From Thermotogales bacterium (lineage in GTDB: Bacteria > Thermotogota > Thermotogae > Petrotogales > Kosmotogaceae), in assembly GCA_003561215.1 (NCBI GenBank), contig PWXG01000008.1:1114-65113 (forward strand): DNA of 64,000 bases. The letters run 5' to 3'. Of the stretch, positions 37,612-46,550 are shown piece by piece (position 1 is the stretch's first letter; every line of letters begins with the position of its first letter). The notes under the pieces were generated by a model that did not search any database, was not told where the DNA came from, and worked only from the letters and a program-made list of their open reading frames with translations. The translations under genes were made by a program, and so were the position numbers.

Positions 37612-38559
37612 TCAAACGATGCTGCTTCTGGCATTTATAAGGTCAGACAGAAGAACCTGGATCTGCTCCAGCGACTCCAATTTCATGAAAACCCTTCTCA
37701 ACTTCGTCGCGTGCGGGACGTCGCGTGTATAACCCGAAAAGAGCTTTCTGGAAACTCTGATAGCGCGGCGCTCCCCCTCTTTGTCAGCAAGCGCCCTCAA
37801 ATGGTGAAGAAAACTGCCCAGCCGTTCCTCAAATGAGATTTTCAGGTAATTGCCTGTTCTTACGAACTCTTTGGCCTGAGCGAAGATCCAGGGATTTCCA
37901 ATAGCTCCACGAGCTACTACCGCGCCATCAACAGAGGTTGTCCTGAGTGAACGGGCGATGTCTTCCGGACTGAAAAGATCACCTGATCCCAGAACTAGAA
38001 TGTGCGAATCTCTTACATGGTGAGCAACAGCATCAATCGCTCTCCAGTCGGCCCGTCCGCTGTAACCCTGTTCGGCAGTCCTTCCGTGGATTACGAGCAT
38101 ATCTGGCTTTGCCATGCATACGTGGTCAACTATCTGCAGAATCAGGTTATCTGACCAGCCTAACCTCATCTTGACAGATACTGGCAAGTTGATGCGATCC
38201 TTCAGATGTTGAAGGATAATCGTTATTAGAGCTGGCTCATTCAGTAAAGCAGCCCCGGCACCTTTTCGCGTTACTTTTCTCACCGGACACGCAGCGTTCA
38301 AATCAATCCAGGTTGCCCTGTCCTCTACGATGGCGGCAGCTTCCGCCAGTTCGAGCGGATCGCGACCGAAGAGCTGAATTGGGGCGGGGGAAACGGGTAG
38401 AAGTTCGAGGCATTTCGGATCCTTTCTGACAATAGCTGATGAGCTGAGCATCGGTGAATAGGCAAAATCTGCTCCCCAGGAGAGCGATATTTGTCTCATT
38501 ACGTCGTCTGTATAGCCCGACATTGGAGCGAGTCCGATGATTCTGTTATCTGTAATGAT
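37612..38559 (-). CDS. dus: tRNA-dihydrouridine synthase; probable non-AUG (ATC/ATT) start
   Basis: GLAPMSGYTD...NAACPVRKV...ARGAIGNPWIF. The first ATG (38523) falls inside the conserved LAPM motif. AAGGAGG lies 6 nt upstream of ATC 38559. See findings. Confidence 0.85.
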   Translation of the reverse strand: MITDNRIIGLAPMSGYTDDVMRQISLSWGADFAYSPMLSSSAIVRKDPKCLELLPVSPAPIQLFGRDPLELAEAAAIVEDRATWIDLNAACPVRKVTRKGAGAALLNEPALITIILQHLKDRINLPVSVKMRLGWSDNLILQIVDHVCMAKPDMLVIHGRTAEQGYSGRADWRAIDAVAHHVRDSHILVLGSGDLFSPEDIARSLRTTSVDGAVVARGAIGNPWIFAQAKEFVRTGNYLKISFEERLGSFLHHLRALADKEGERRAIRVSRKLFSGYTRDVPHATKLRRVFMKLESLEQIQVLLSDLINARSSIV

Positions 38560-39151
38560 TGTAGACCTCCTTGGTTATGCTACACGGAACAAAGCCGTTT
38601 ACAGGAAGTCTTTCACGGGAGCGGTTTCTTATAGTTGATGAGGAAATCTCTACCAGTGGCACATCCGACAAGATTATTATGTCACCCGCTATATTCAAAC
38701 GGTCAAGTTCGCTGGGTATATCAACACCTGGCCGTGGATATACGGTTGTTATAACACTGTCGAGGAGTTCTCGATATTTGTACCATCTTTCAAGAGTAGT
38801 CAAGCTGTCAGCACCGAGTATGAGATGAGGATTGCAGTTATGGATTCTGGAGAAATGCTGTACAGTAAGAAGGGTGTAAGAAACACCTTCGAATTGGCTC
38901 TCAATAGGGGAGACTTCGATGCAGTCGATTCCCTCAAAGGCAAGCTCAAGCCATCGTAGTCTCGTTTTGAAATTGGTTATTCGACGATCTGTCTTCAACG
39001 GAGGGAGAAATGCCGGTACAACGTAGAGTTTATTGACATCTATGGCTTCAAGAACATGCAGTGCAATGAGCAAATGTCCGTTATGCACTGGATCAAAAGT
39101 CCCTCCGAAAATCGCATGCTTGTAACTACTCCCTGAACTCAAATTCAGCAT
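38546..39151 (-). CDS. nadD: nicotinate-nucleotide adenylyltransferase
   Basis: IFGGTFDPVHNGHL motif and ISSSTIR. Overlaps the obg 3' end. Confidence 0.9.
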   Translation of the reverse strand: MLNLSSGSSYKHAIFGGTFDPVHNGHLLIALHVLEAIDVNKLYVVPAFLPPLKTDRRITNFKTRLRWLELAFEGIDCIEVSPIESQFEGVSYTLLTVQHFSRIHNCNPHLILGADSLTTLERWYKYRELLDSVITTVYPRPGVDIPSELDRLNIAGDIIILSDVPLVEISSSTIRNRSRERLPVNGFVPCSITKEVYNHYR

Positions 39152-40442
39152 CTCCTAAGACAACGGTTTCGCCTTCGGCAATTCCGGCTTCCTTGAGACG
39201 TTCGGTTAGTCTGCCCCGTTCAAGAGCTCTTAAGAGCTCGTTTTTTTCGTCGGTCTGACTCTTGAGCATTGTCAGATAGTAATTCACGACAGGGCCGGTA
39301 ATGACATAGCGACCACCGGAGTCTCTGCTTATGGAAAAATCGGAATCATCTGGTTTTCGTCTGCTTAATGGAGTCACTTCAGGAAGAGGAGGCGCATCCC
39401 CAGCAAATGACCTCAGTGCTCTGGATTCTTTACCAAGGAGAGAAACAAGAGACCTTAGTGCATTGTCAATGTTCGACCCTGTAGCCACAGATATGGGGAG
39501 GATCGCTTCTCCCGTTCTTCTGCAGAATTCTTTCGCGCGTGTTTCTGCATGATTGGAAGAAACCAGATCTGACTTGTTTCCAAGTATCACTTCCGGTAGT
39601 CTGACGAGTCTCTCATCGTAGAGAGCAAGCTCTTCCCTGAGATCAAGATAATCCTGGACGAAGTCTCTCTCTTCGGATTCCGATAGATCCAGCATGTGGA
39701 GAAGAACCGAGCATCTTTCAATATGTTTCAGAAAACCGGTTCCAAGGCCTGAACCTGCATGTGCTCCTTTTATCAGGCCAGGAACATCTGCAAGAAGATA
39801 GCTGGATCCTTCCGAATGCACGACGCCGAGAGTTGGAGTCAAGGTAGTAAAGTGATAGCTGGCGATTTTCGGGGTTGCATTTGAGACTCGCGATATGAAT
39901 GATGACTTGCCCACGTTGGGCATTCCGATAATTGCAGCATCAGCAAGAAGCTTGAGTTCCAGGCGAACGGTTCTTGATTCTCCGGGCACCCCCTCTTCTG
40001 CATACCGCGGTGTTTGCTGCGTCGATGACGAGAAGAATGCGTTGCCTCTGCCTCCTCTTCCTCCCCTGGCAACACAGACACTCGACCAAGCTTGATCCAG
40101 ATCTGCGATTTGCTCGGAAGTATGAGCATCATATATCACGGTTCCGACAGGAACAGCTACTACGACACTATTGCCGTCCTTGCCGAAACGCTTTACCGGA
40201 CCACCCGGCTCACCGTTTTCTGCTTCAAACTTCTTCTTTCTGGCAAACTCGATAAGCGTGCTTCTGCGGGGATCAGCTCTGAAGAAGACATGACCGCCAT
40301 CTCCCCCGGTTCCGCCGTCGGGCCCGCCTCTTGGTACGTATTTTTCTCGTCTAAAGGAGATTGCTCCACTTCCACCATGCCCTGCATTGACATGCACAGT
40401 TCCAATATCGACGAGACTATCAACGTTACTCGATAGCATCAT
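39126..40442 (-). CDS. obg: GTPase Obg/CgtA
   Basis: Gly-rich Obg fold GGPDGGTGGDGGHVFF. G motifs GMPNVGKSS and DVPGLI. C-terminal OCT-like domain. GGAGGTGA immediately precedes the ATGATG start. Confidence 0.95.
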   Translation of the reverse strand: MMLSSNVDSLVDIGTVHVNAGHGGSGAISFRREKYVPRGGPDGGTGGDGGHVFFRADPRRSTLIEFARKKKFEAENGEPGGPVKRFGKDGNSVVVAVPVGTVIYDAHTSEQIADLDQAWSSVCVARGGRGGRGNAFFSSSTQQTPRYAEEGVPGESRTVRLELKLLADAAIIGMPNVGKSSFISRVSNATPKIASYHFTTLTPTLGVVHSEGSSYLLADVPGLIKGAHAGSGLGTGFLKHIERCSVLLHMLDLSESEERDFVQDYLDLREELALYDERLVRLPEVILGNKSDLVSSNHAETRAKEFCRRTGEAILPISVATGSNIDNALRSLVSLLGKESRALRSFAGDAPPLPEVTPLSRRKPDDSDFSISRDSGGRYVITGPVVNYYLTMLKSQTDEKNELLRALERGRLTERLKEAGIAEGETVVLGDAEFEFRE

Positions 40443-40465
40443 TCACCTCCGCAGGAAGAGCTCAT

Positions 40466-40480
40466 ATGCTATAATAGCAT
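40466..40480. promoter_or_regulatory. perfect 15-bp palindrome carrying extended -10 elements on both strands (obg / remA divergent promoters)
   Basis: ATGCTATaATAGCAT reads TGcTATAAT on plus (remA side) and TGcTATTAT on minus (obg side). The whole intergenic region is 64 bp. Confidence 0.45.
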
Positions 40481-40506
40481 CAACTGGATTCGGAGGGAAG
40501 CCTGAT

Positions 40507-40749
40507 ATGGAGCACATTGCAAACATTGGGTTCGAGTCATACATAATAAAGGATAGGGTTATGGCCGTGTTGCCAGTGGAAAGCTCTGCGGTGAAAAGGC
40601 TCAGACAGCTTGCAGTAGAATCCGGTATGGTCATTAACCTCACTTTCGGCAAACGCACAAGGTCAGTAATAGTGGCCGACAGCGGCCATGTCGTTTTCTC
40701 TCATCTTTCGCCGCAGAGGCTGATACTAAAGCTTTTCTCAGGGAAATGA
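40507..40749 (+). CDS. remA: RemA/DUF370 family regulator
   Basis: 80 aa, MEHIANIGFESYIIKDRVMAVLPVESSAVKRL...GKRTRSVIVADSGHVVFS. Start moved to ATG 40507 after GGAGGG. Confidence 0.85.
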   Translation: MEHIANIGFESYIIKDRVMAVLPVESSAVKRLRQLAVESGMVINLTFGKRTRSVIVADSGHVVFSHLSPQRLILKLFSGK

Positions 40750-40767
40750 TGCATCTAGGAGGATTCA

Positions 40768-41382
40768 ATGAACCCAAAAATGTCACCTGTTGTTCCATAT
40801 GTCGTTGAGACGAAAGCTCATGGAGAAAGAATCTACGATATCTTTACAAAGCTATTGTCAGAGCGGATAGTATTCCTTGGCTGGCCTGTAGATGATGAAA
40901 TATCGAACATTGTGGTTGCTCAGCTGTTGTTTCTAGAGTCACAGGATCCAGATAAGGATATTAGCGTTTACATAAACTGTCCCGGAGGTTCGGTAAGTGC
41001 TGGACTTGCGATTTATGACACCATGCAGTACATAAAGTCTGATGTGTCCACCATCTGCACAGGATCCGCAGCGTCCATGGGGGCGGTAATCCTTGCAGGC
41101 GGAACAAAAGGAAAGAGATACGCCCTTCCTCATGCCAGGGTCATGATTCACCAGCCATGGGGGGGCGCGGAAGGCTCTGCAAGGGACATCGAAATCAGGG
41201 CTAAGGAGATCGTGTATATGAGAGACGAGGTCAACAAGATCCTGGGTTCGCATACCGGGCAGACTCAGAAGAGAATAGAGCGTGATACTGACAGAGATTA
41301 CTTTATGAGTGCCATAGAGGCGGTTGATTATGGCCTCATTGACAAGGTTATTGAAGGCAAGCCTAAGAATCCCCAGAAGTAG
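40768..41382 (+). CDS. clpP: ATP-dependent Clp protease proteolytic subunit
   Basis: 204 aa. [11 protein letters not shown] (active-site Ser), MIHQPWGG (His). TAGGAGGA SD. Confidence 0.95.
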   Translation: MNPKMSPVVPYVVETKAHGERIYDIFTKLLSERIVFLGWPVDDEISNIVVAQLLFLESQDPDKDISVYINCPGGSVSAGLAIYDTMQYIKSDVSTICTGSAASMGAVILAGGTKGKRYALPHARVMIHQPWGGAEGSARDIEIRAKEIVYMRDEVNKILGSHTGQTQKRIERDTDRDYFMSAIEAVDYGLIDKVIEGKPKNPQK

Positions 41383-41400
41383 ATCTTACCAGGCGTTTGA

Positions 41401-41424
41401 GCCGGCGCTATGCGCCGGTTTTTG
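41401..41424 (+). terminator. rho-independent terminator after clpP
   Basis: CCGGCGC-tat-GCGCCGG followed by TTTTT. Confidence 0.75.
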
Positions 41425-41444
41425 ATGATAAGGTGGAATGTGAC

Positions 41445-43913
41445 GTGACTGGCAGTTCGCTTACACCGATGATGGAGCAGTACCTGAGAATAAAAGACAA
41501 GTACAGAGACTGCTTGCTGCTTTTCAGATTGGGAGACTTCTACGAAGCTTTCTTCGAAGATGCGGAGACTCTTTCGAGAGTTCTTCGGATAGTTCTCACA
41601 TCAAGGAATGGTAATCCGATGGCAGGTATTCCGTATCATTCATTGAGTCAATACCTGAAAAAGCTGATTGATGCAGGTTTCAAGGTAGCGATTTGTGAGC
41701 AGGTCGAAGACCCATCGCTTTCTAAGGGGCTTGTTAAGAGAGAAGTTACTCGCGTCGTCTCACCGGGTGTGCTTGTTGATGATGAACTTCTGTCTGAAGA
41801 AAACAACTTCCTAATGATAATATCACTGCACAGCGGGGAATACCCGGTAGCAATAAGTGATATTTCTACCGGTCAGCTTTCCGTGACCACTTGCAGCAAT
41901 GCCGAAGGAGTTGTAGATCATATAGCCGCTTTCTCGCCTTCGCAAATCCTCGTTCAAAGATCCCTAAAAGGCATCTTTAAGAAAGCTCTGGGTGAGAACG
42001 CTCGCTGTTTCACAGAGTATCTTGAGGACTGGAATTTCGCCTTTTCTTCCGGAGTAGAATACATCAAGCGAGTCTATGGAATAGCTACTCTGGAGTCCCT
42101 GGAGCTTACCGAAGGGGAAACAAGACTACTAGGTGCGCTCTTCAAGTATGTTGAGGAAAGCCAAAGAGATCTAGTGAAGCAATTCGATCTTCCGATGAAA
42201 TTTGGTGCTACCGATTTCATGCAAATAGACTCGGTAACTTTTGATAACCTCTCACTACTCAAAGATCAGTCTGGCACTTCCTTGTTCGAGTGTTTGAAAG
42301 AAACTGTCACCCCGATGGGAACAAGACTACTCAAGGAGAGACTTCGACGTCCATCGACGGACCTATCAAAGATTGAGAGACGACTTGACAAAATAGACTT
42401 TTTGGCCAGGAAGTCGGACATATCTGAGAGCCTGAGACGTATTCTCTCTCGTATGGGAGATCTGGAAAGAATAGCTTCACGTCTTGTCTCTGAACGATGC
42501 AGTCCCAGGGACCTCAGTAATCTGAGAGAGGCGCTCGGTCTCTTGCCGGAAGTAGCATCTTTTCTGAGCGAGAGCCCCGAATTTGACGAAATCGTTGGAT
42601 CAGTTCCGGATCTTTCCAACGAATATGACTACTTGAAGTGCGCTATCCAGGATAATCCGGCTTCTTCCGCCGGGCAGGGCGGCGTAATTCGCAACGGCTT
42701 CAGCAATGAACTTGACGAGCTGTCGGAGCTGGTTAATAGTGCAACTGAGAAGATGAAAGATTTCCAGAAGGAGGAAAGGGCCAGTACCGGAATCGCAGGT
42801 TTGAAAGTCAAGCACAATAAAGTGTTCGGGTATTTCATTGAAGTACCCCGCTCTCAGGCGGGTAGTGTACCCGCAGACTATGCGAGGAAGCAGACCCTTG
42901 TCAATGCGGAAAGGTATATCAACGATCAACTGAAAGATTACGAGGAGAAGCTTCTTTCAGCCGGGGAGAGACTTGAATTACTCGAAAGAGAGTTGTTTCA
43001 GAATGTGTGCAAGCGCATTGCGACCATGGCAGAAGAACTTCGAAGAGCAGCTTGCGTGATCGCAGAGATCGATGTCTCCCTGTCAAACGTGATGACAGCG
43101 GTAAAGAGACATTATTGCAGACCAGTTTTTAGTCTCGATCACGTTATGGGGCTTAAGGATTCAAGACATCCCGTAGTAGAGAGGTTTGTAGAGCACTTCG
43201 TTCCTAATGATGTTGAGTTCAACAGCGAAAAACGTTTCGCAATTCTCACAGGGCCAAATATGAGTGGAAAATCAACTTACCTGCGACAGATTGGACTGAT
43301 TTCGATTCTTGCGCAGGCTGGTTGCTATGTTCCAGCAGAAGAGGCGTTGCTTCCCCTTTATGATCGTGTTTTTACGCGAATTGGTGCGAAAGACGACATT
43401 GCAGGAGGAAAATCGACCTTTCTTGTCGAAATGGTAGATACTGCCACCATTCTTCTTAATGCGGGGGAGAAGTCTCTGGTATTGCTGGACGAAGTTGGAC
43501 GGGGGACGAGTACGTTTGACGGCATAAGCATCGCCTGGGCAGTTTCGGAATACATAAATGAGGTTCTGTGCAGTCACACTGTCTTTGCTACTCATTTTAC
43601 CGAGCTGACAGAAATGGCCGACATTTATCCTGAAGTGAGAAACATAACTGTTCGTATTGAAGAGCGCAGTGATGGCATCGTTTTTCTTCACAAGGTGTCT
43701 GATGGTGTTGCGGACAGGTCCTATGGAATTGATGTTGCCAAACTGGCAGGTATTCCCCAAAGTGTACTTGAAAGGTCAAGAGAGATCCTGGAGATTATAG
43801 TGAAGACAACTGCTCTCGACAAGGCGGTCAGAGTCCTTACTAAGGAAGAAGTGAAGGAGATCAAGAGGTCGAAGAAAGAGAGATCATCCAGAGACCAGAT
43901 GCGCCTTTTCTAG
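41445..43913 (+). CDS. mutS: DNA mismatch repair protein MutS
   Basis: TPMMEQYLRIK, GDFYE, GPNMSGKSTYLRQ, DEVGRGTSTFDG. Start placed at GTG 41445, 7 nt after AAGGTGGA. The terminator hairpin lies inside the longer ORF-track form. Confidence 0.95.
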   Translation: MTGSSLTPMMEQYLRIKDKYRDCLLLFRLGDFYEAFFEDAETLSRVLRIVLTSRNGNPMAGIPYHSLSQYLKKLIDAGFKVAICEQVEDPSLSKGLVKREVTRVVSPGVLVDDELLSEENNFLMIISLHSGEYPVAISDISTGQLSVTTCSNAEGVVDHIAAFSPSQILVQRSLKGIFKKALGENARCFTEYLEDWNFAFSSGVEYIKRVYGIATLESLELTEGETRLLGALFKYVEESQRDLVKQFDLPMKFGATDFMQIDSVTFDNLSLLKDQSGTSLFECLKETVTPMGTRLLKERLRRPSTDLSKIERRLDKIDFLARKSDISESLRRILSRMGDLERIASRLVSERCSPRDLSNLREALGLLPEVASFLSESPEFDEIVGSVPDLSNEYDYLKCAIQDNPASSAGQGGVIRNGFSNELDELSELVNSATEKMKDFQKEERASTGIAGLKVKHNKVFGYFIEVPRSQAGSVPADYARKQTLVNAERYINDQLKDYEEKLLSAGERLELLERELFQNVCKRIATMAEELRRAACVIAEIDVSLSNVMTAVKRHYCRPVFSLDHVMGLKDSRHPVVERFVEHFVPNDVEFNSEKRFAILTGPNMSGKSTYLRQIGLISILAQAGCYVPAEEALLPLYDRVFTRIGAKDDIAGGKSTFLVEMVDTATILLNAGEKSLVLLDEVGRGTSTFDGISIAWAVSEYINEVLCSHTVFATHFTELTEMADIYPEVRNITVRIEERSDGIVFLHKVSDGVADRSYGIDVAKLAGIPQSVLERSREILEIIVKTTALDKAVRVLTKEEVKEIKRSKKERSSRDQMRLF

Positions 43914-43964
43914 AGGTGAGTTGCTTCTTTTCGAGATGATATAATCCTTACGTTGGGAGGTACG

Positions 43965-45047
43965 GTGGTGGAGACAGTTAAAGCCGTAAGAGAGAGACTC
44001 CGTGAAAAGAGTCTGGATGGATTACTATTGTACAATCACGAAGGGAGCAACAGGTCTTCTGTTACCTATGTGTCGGGTTTCACGGGTTCACTTGCAGTCG
44101 TGATTGTAACCATGGATGAGAACCTCCTGATAACCGATTCCAGGTACTATACCCAGGCATTGGAGGAGACAGATTTCGAGCTTGTTAAACTCGATTCTAG
44201 CTCGAAAATCGAAGAAATCACTGCAACTGTTCTGAAGCAGAAGAACCTTAAGAGAGTTGCTTTTGAGTCAGATAAGATAACGCACTCAAGGTTTCTTGGT
44301 TTATCAGAAGCTGCCGACGATATTGAGTTTGTCGATTCGAATTCCCTTGTCGGTGACCTGAGGGCGGTGAAGAGTGACAAGGAAATCGAAAAGATAAGAG
44401 AAGCGGTCAGAATCGCCGAAGAATCTTTAAAAGAGGCCCTGAACGTTATCAGGGCAGGCAGACGAGAAATTGAAGTAGCCGCGGCTCTTGAGTACGAAAT
44501 AAGGCGCAGGGGAGGAAAGATCGCATTTGATACGATAGTAGTCTCCGGAGAGAGAAGCGCCCTAGTTCACGGAACACCGTCCGACCGTCCAATAGGTGAC
44601 GGGGAGTTTGTGCTTATAGACTTTGGTGTTCGATTTCAGGGTTATTGTTCTGACATAACCCGTACTTTCTGTGTAGGAAGACCTGACCACAGAATGAGAA
44701 GCGTTTATGAAACTGTCTATAACGCGCAGAAGACTGCCCGGGAAAGAGCGCGTGCCGGCATCACTGGGAAGGCCCTGCATTTCGTAGCACAGGATATTAT
44801 TGCTGAAGCCGGGTTTGGGGAGTACTTTGGACACGGACTCGGGCACGGTCTGGGCATGGACGTTCACGAGTCACCCGGAGCTTCACCGAACAATGATAGA
44901 CCGCTTGAGGAAGGAAACGTTATTACTGTTGAACCGGGGATTTACATCCCAAAGGAATTCGGTATAAGGATAGAAGATGATGTAGTTATCAAGACAGAAG
45001 GTATAGCCGTTCTGACAACATTCGAAAGAGATCTCATGCTCTTGTAG
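43965..45047 (+). CDS. M24 family Xaa-Pro aminopeptidase/dipeptidase
   Basis: DFGVRFQGYCSDITRT, HGLGHGLGMDVHE, EPGIY. The start is one of the GTG codons at 43965/43968, just after GGGAGGT. Confidence 0.85.
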   Translation: MVETVKAVRERLREKSLDGLLLYNHEGSNRSSVTYVSGFTGSLAVVIVTMDENLLITDSRYYTQALEETDFELVKLDSSSKIEEITATVLKQKNLKRVAFESDKITHSRFLGLSEAADDIEFVDSNSLVGDLRAVKSDKEIEKIREAVRIAEESLKEALNVIRAGRREIEVAAALEYEIRRRGGKIAFDTIVVSGERSALVHGTPSDRPIGDGEFVLIDFGVRFQGYCSDITRTFCVGRPDHRMRSVYETVYNAQKTARERARAGITGKALHFVAQDIIAEAGFGEYFGHGLGHGLGMDVHESPGASPNNDRPLEEGNVITVEPGIYIPKEFGIRIEDDVVIKTEGIAVLTTFERDLMLL

Positions 45048-45062
45048 TGTCGGAGGTATTTT

Positions 45063-45620
45063 GTGGTTGAAGTAGGAAGCATCAGAAAAGGGATGGCGTT
45101 GATTGTTGAGGGTGAAATATTCTTTGTCCTCGACGTGAACAAGCATTTCACCGGAAGAGGAAGCGGAATAATCCGAACTAAGATGAAGAACATCAAGACA
45201 GGATACATGCGAGAGTTCAAATTTAACAGCGGAGAAAAGGTCGAAGAAGCGATGCTGTCACTGAGAAAAGCTCAGTATCTTTATAAGGATGGTCCACATT
45301 TTCACTTCATGGACCTGGAGAGTTTTGAGCAATATGTGCTCTCGAAAGAGGAAATCGGTGATGCGGTTAACTACCTGAGAGAAGGCATGGAAATTGATCT
45401 CCAGTTTCACGATGTCACACCGATTGGGATAGTGCTTCCAAATTCCGTGGTGCTGGAAGTAGTCGAAACGGCACCGAGCCATCGTGGGGACACCGTAACA
45501 GGTGGAGGCAAACCTGCTATATGTGATACGGGGCTCAAGCTAACTGTGCCGTTCTTTGTCGAGATAGGTAAGCGAATCAAGGTTGATACAAGAACCGGCG
45601 AGTACCTGGAAAAGGCGTGA
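45063..45620 (+). CDS. efp: elongation factor P
   Basis: 185 aa, [44 protein letters not shown] start after GGAGGT. Confidence 0.95.
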   Translation: MVEVGSIRKGMALIVEGEIFFVLDVNKHFTGRGSGIIRTKMKNIKTGYMREFKFNSGEKVEEAMLSLRKAQYLYKDGPHFHFMDLESFEQYVLSKEEIGDAVNYLREGMEIDLQFHDVTPIGIVLPNSVVLEVVETAPSHRGDTVTGGGKPAICDTGLKLTVPFFVEIGKRIKVDTRTGEYLEKA

Positions 45621-45635
45621 CAAGGAGGGATTTAT

Positions 45636-46085
45636 GTGAATTATGAAGCTGGTGATCTCGGAAGCATTGAGATCTCAGATGCTGTCATTCGTGATCTGGC
45701 CGTTCATTCCTACATGGAGTTTATAAAGACGACATTCAAGGATCAGAGGGCAAAGAGAGAAGCGAAATCCGCTGTCGAAATTGAAGTCATCGAGCGAGAC
45801 CCTGCAGGAAAGGTTGTACGCATTGATGTAAACACAAAGGTGAAATACGGAGAACCAATTCCTGATTTTGCAAGGAAGATGCAGGAGAAACTCAAGAACG
45901 ATGTTGAGACTTACAGTGGGCTGAAGGTGGAAGAAGTTTCTGTGACTGTTGAAGACGTTTACGACTATGTCGAAGAAATCGCCCAAGAACAGGAAGAAGG
46001 TGCTGGTGAAGAAGACAATGGTACAGAAGAAGCAGAGGATGAATCGGCTGAAAACTCTGGAGAAGAAGAGAAGGAAAAGGAATAG
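45636..46085 (+). CDS. Asp23/Gls24 family envelope stress protein with acidic tail
   Basis: GSIEISDAVIRDLAVHSY core, plus an E/D-rich tail of about 35 aa. Its position upstream of nusB matches the yqhY-nusB synteny. Confidence 0.8.
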   Translation: MNYEAGDLGSIEISDAVIRDLAVHSYMEFIKTTFKDQRAKREAKSAVEIEVIERDPAGKVVRIDVNTKVKYGEPIPDFARKMQEKLKNDVETYSGLKVEEVSVTVEDVYDYVEEIAQEQEEGAGEEDNGTEEAEDESAENSGEEEKEKE

Positions 46086-46097
46086 AAAGATAGCGAC

Positions 46098-46541
46098 GTG
46101 ATGCACAAGCTTCGCGGCAGGTCACTAATGCGGGAGATTGTTTTTATTACGATATACCAACTCGACTTCGATATCGATATAGAACAGTTACGTGCGTTTC
46201 TGCTCAGGGAATCTAGAAGGATTGGGCTGGATGATGAGAATCGAAACAGGGCACAGAAATACTTCGAAGACATCATCCAGTTCAGAGAGGATATCGACGA
46301 TCTCATCAGGCTACATCTTGCGCACTGGGACTTTGAAAGGCTCTCAAGCATTGACAGGAACGTAATGCGGCTCGGCACATATGAACTCCTTCATGTTGAC
46401 GATGTGCCTGTTGAGGTTACGCTTGATGAATCGATAGAAATAGCCAAGAAATTCGGAACAGAGCGTGGTGGAAGGTTCGTAAACGGAGTGCTTAACCGCA
46501 TTGCAATGGAGAATGTGCCTGCAGGCAAACGCAACCTTTAG
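46098..46541 (+). CDS. nusB: transcription antitermination factor NusB
   Basis: RSLMREIVFITIYQLDF...IDRNVMRLGTYELL...NGVLNRI. The exact start is uncertain (46098/46101/46128). Confidence 0.85.
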   Translation: MMHKLRGRSLMREIVFITIYQLDFDIDIEQLRAFLLRESRRIGLDDENRNRAQKYFEDIIQFREDIDDLIRLHLAHWDFERLSSIDRNVMRLGTYELLHVDDVPVEVTLDESIEIAKKFGTERGGRFVNGVLNRIAMENVPAGKRNL

Positions 46542-46550
46542 GAGGTGACT

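Noticed and set aside
40443-40506. Switch from a 10-kb minus-strand gene run to a 20-kb plus-strand run, as a possible replication origin.
   Set aside because: The intergenic region is only 64 bp. It has no DnaA-box cluster or AT-rich repeats, and no dnaA/dnaN is nearby. Divergent operon promoters explain it better.
40528-40539. tRNA T-arm-like strings: GGTTCGAGTC here, and GTTCGAATCC near 35514.
   Set aside because: Both lie inside well-supported coding sequences (remA, kbl). No acceptor or anticodon stems can be drawn around them. I found no tRNA or rRNA genes in the window.
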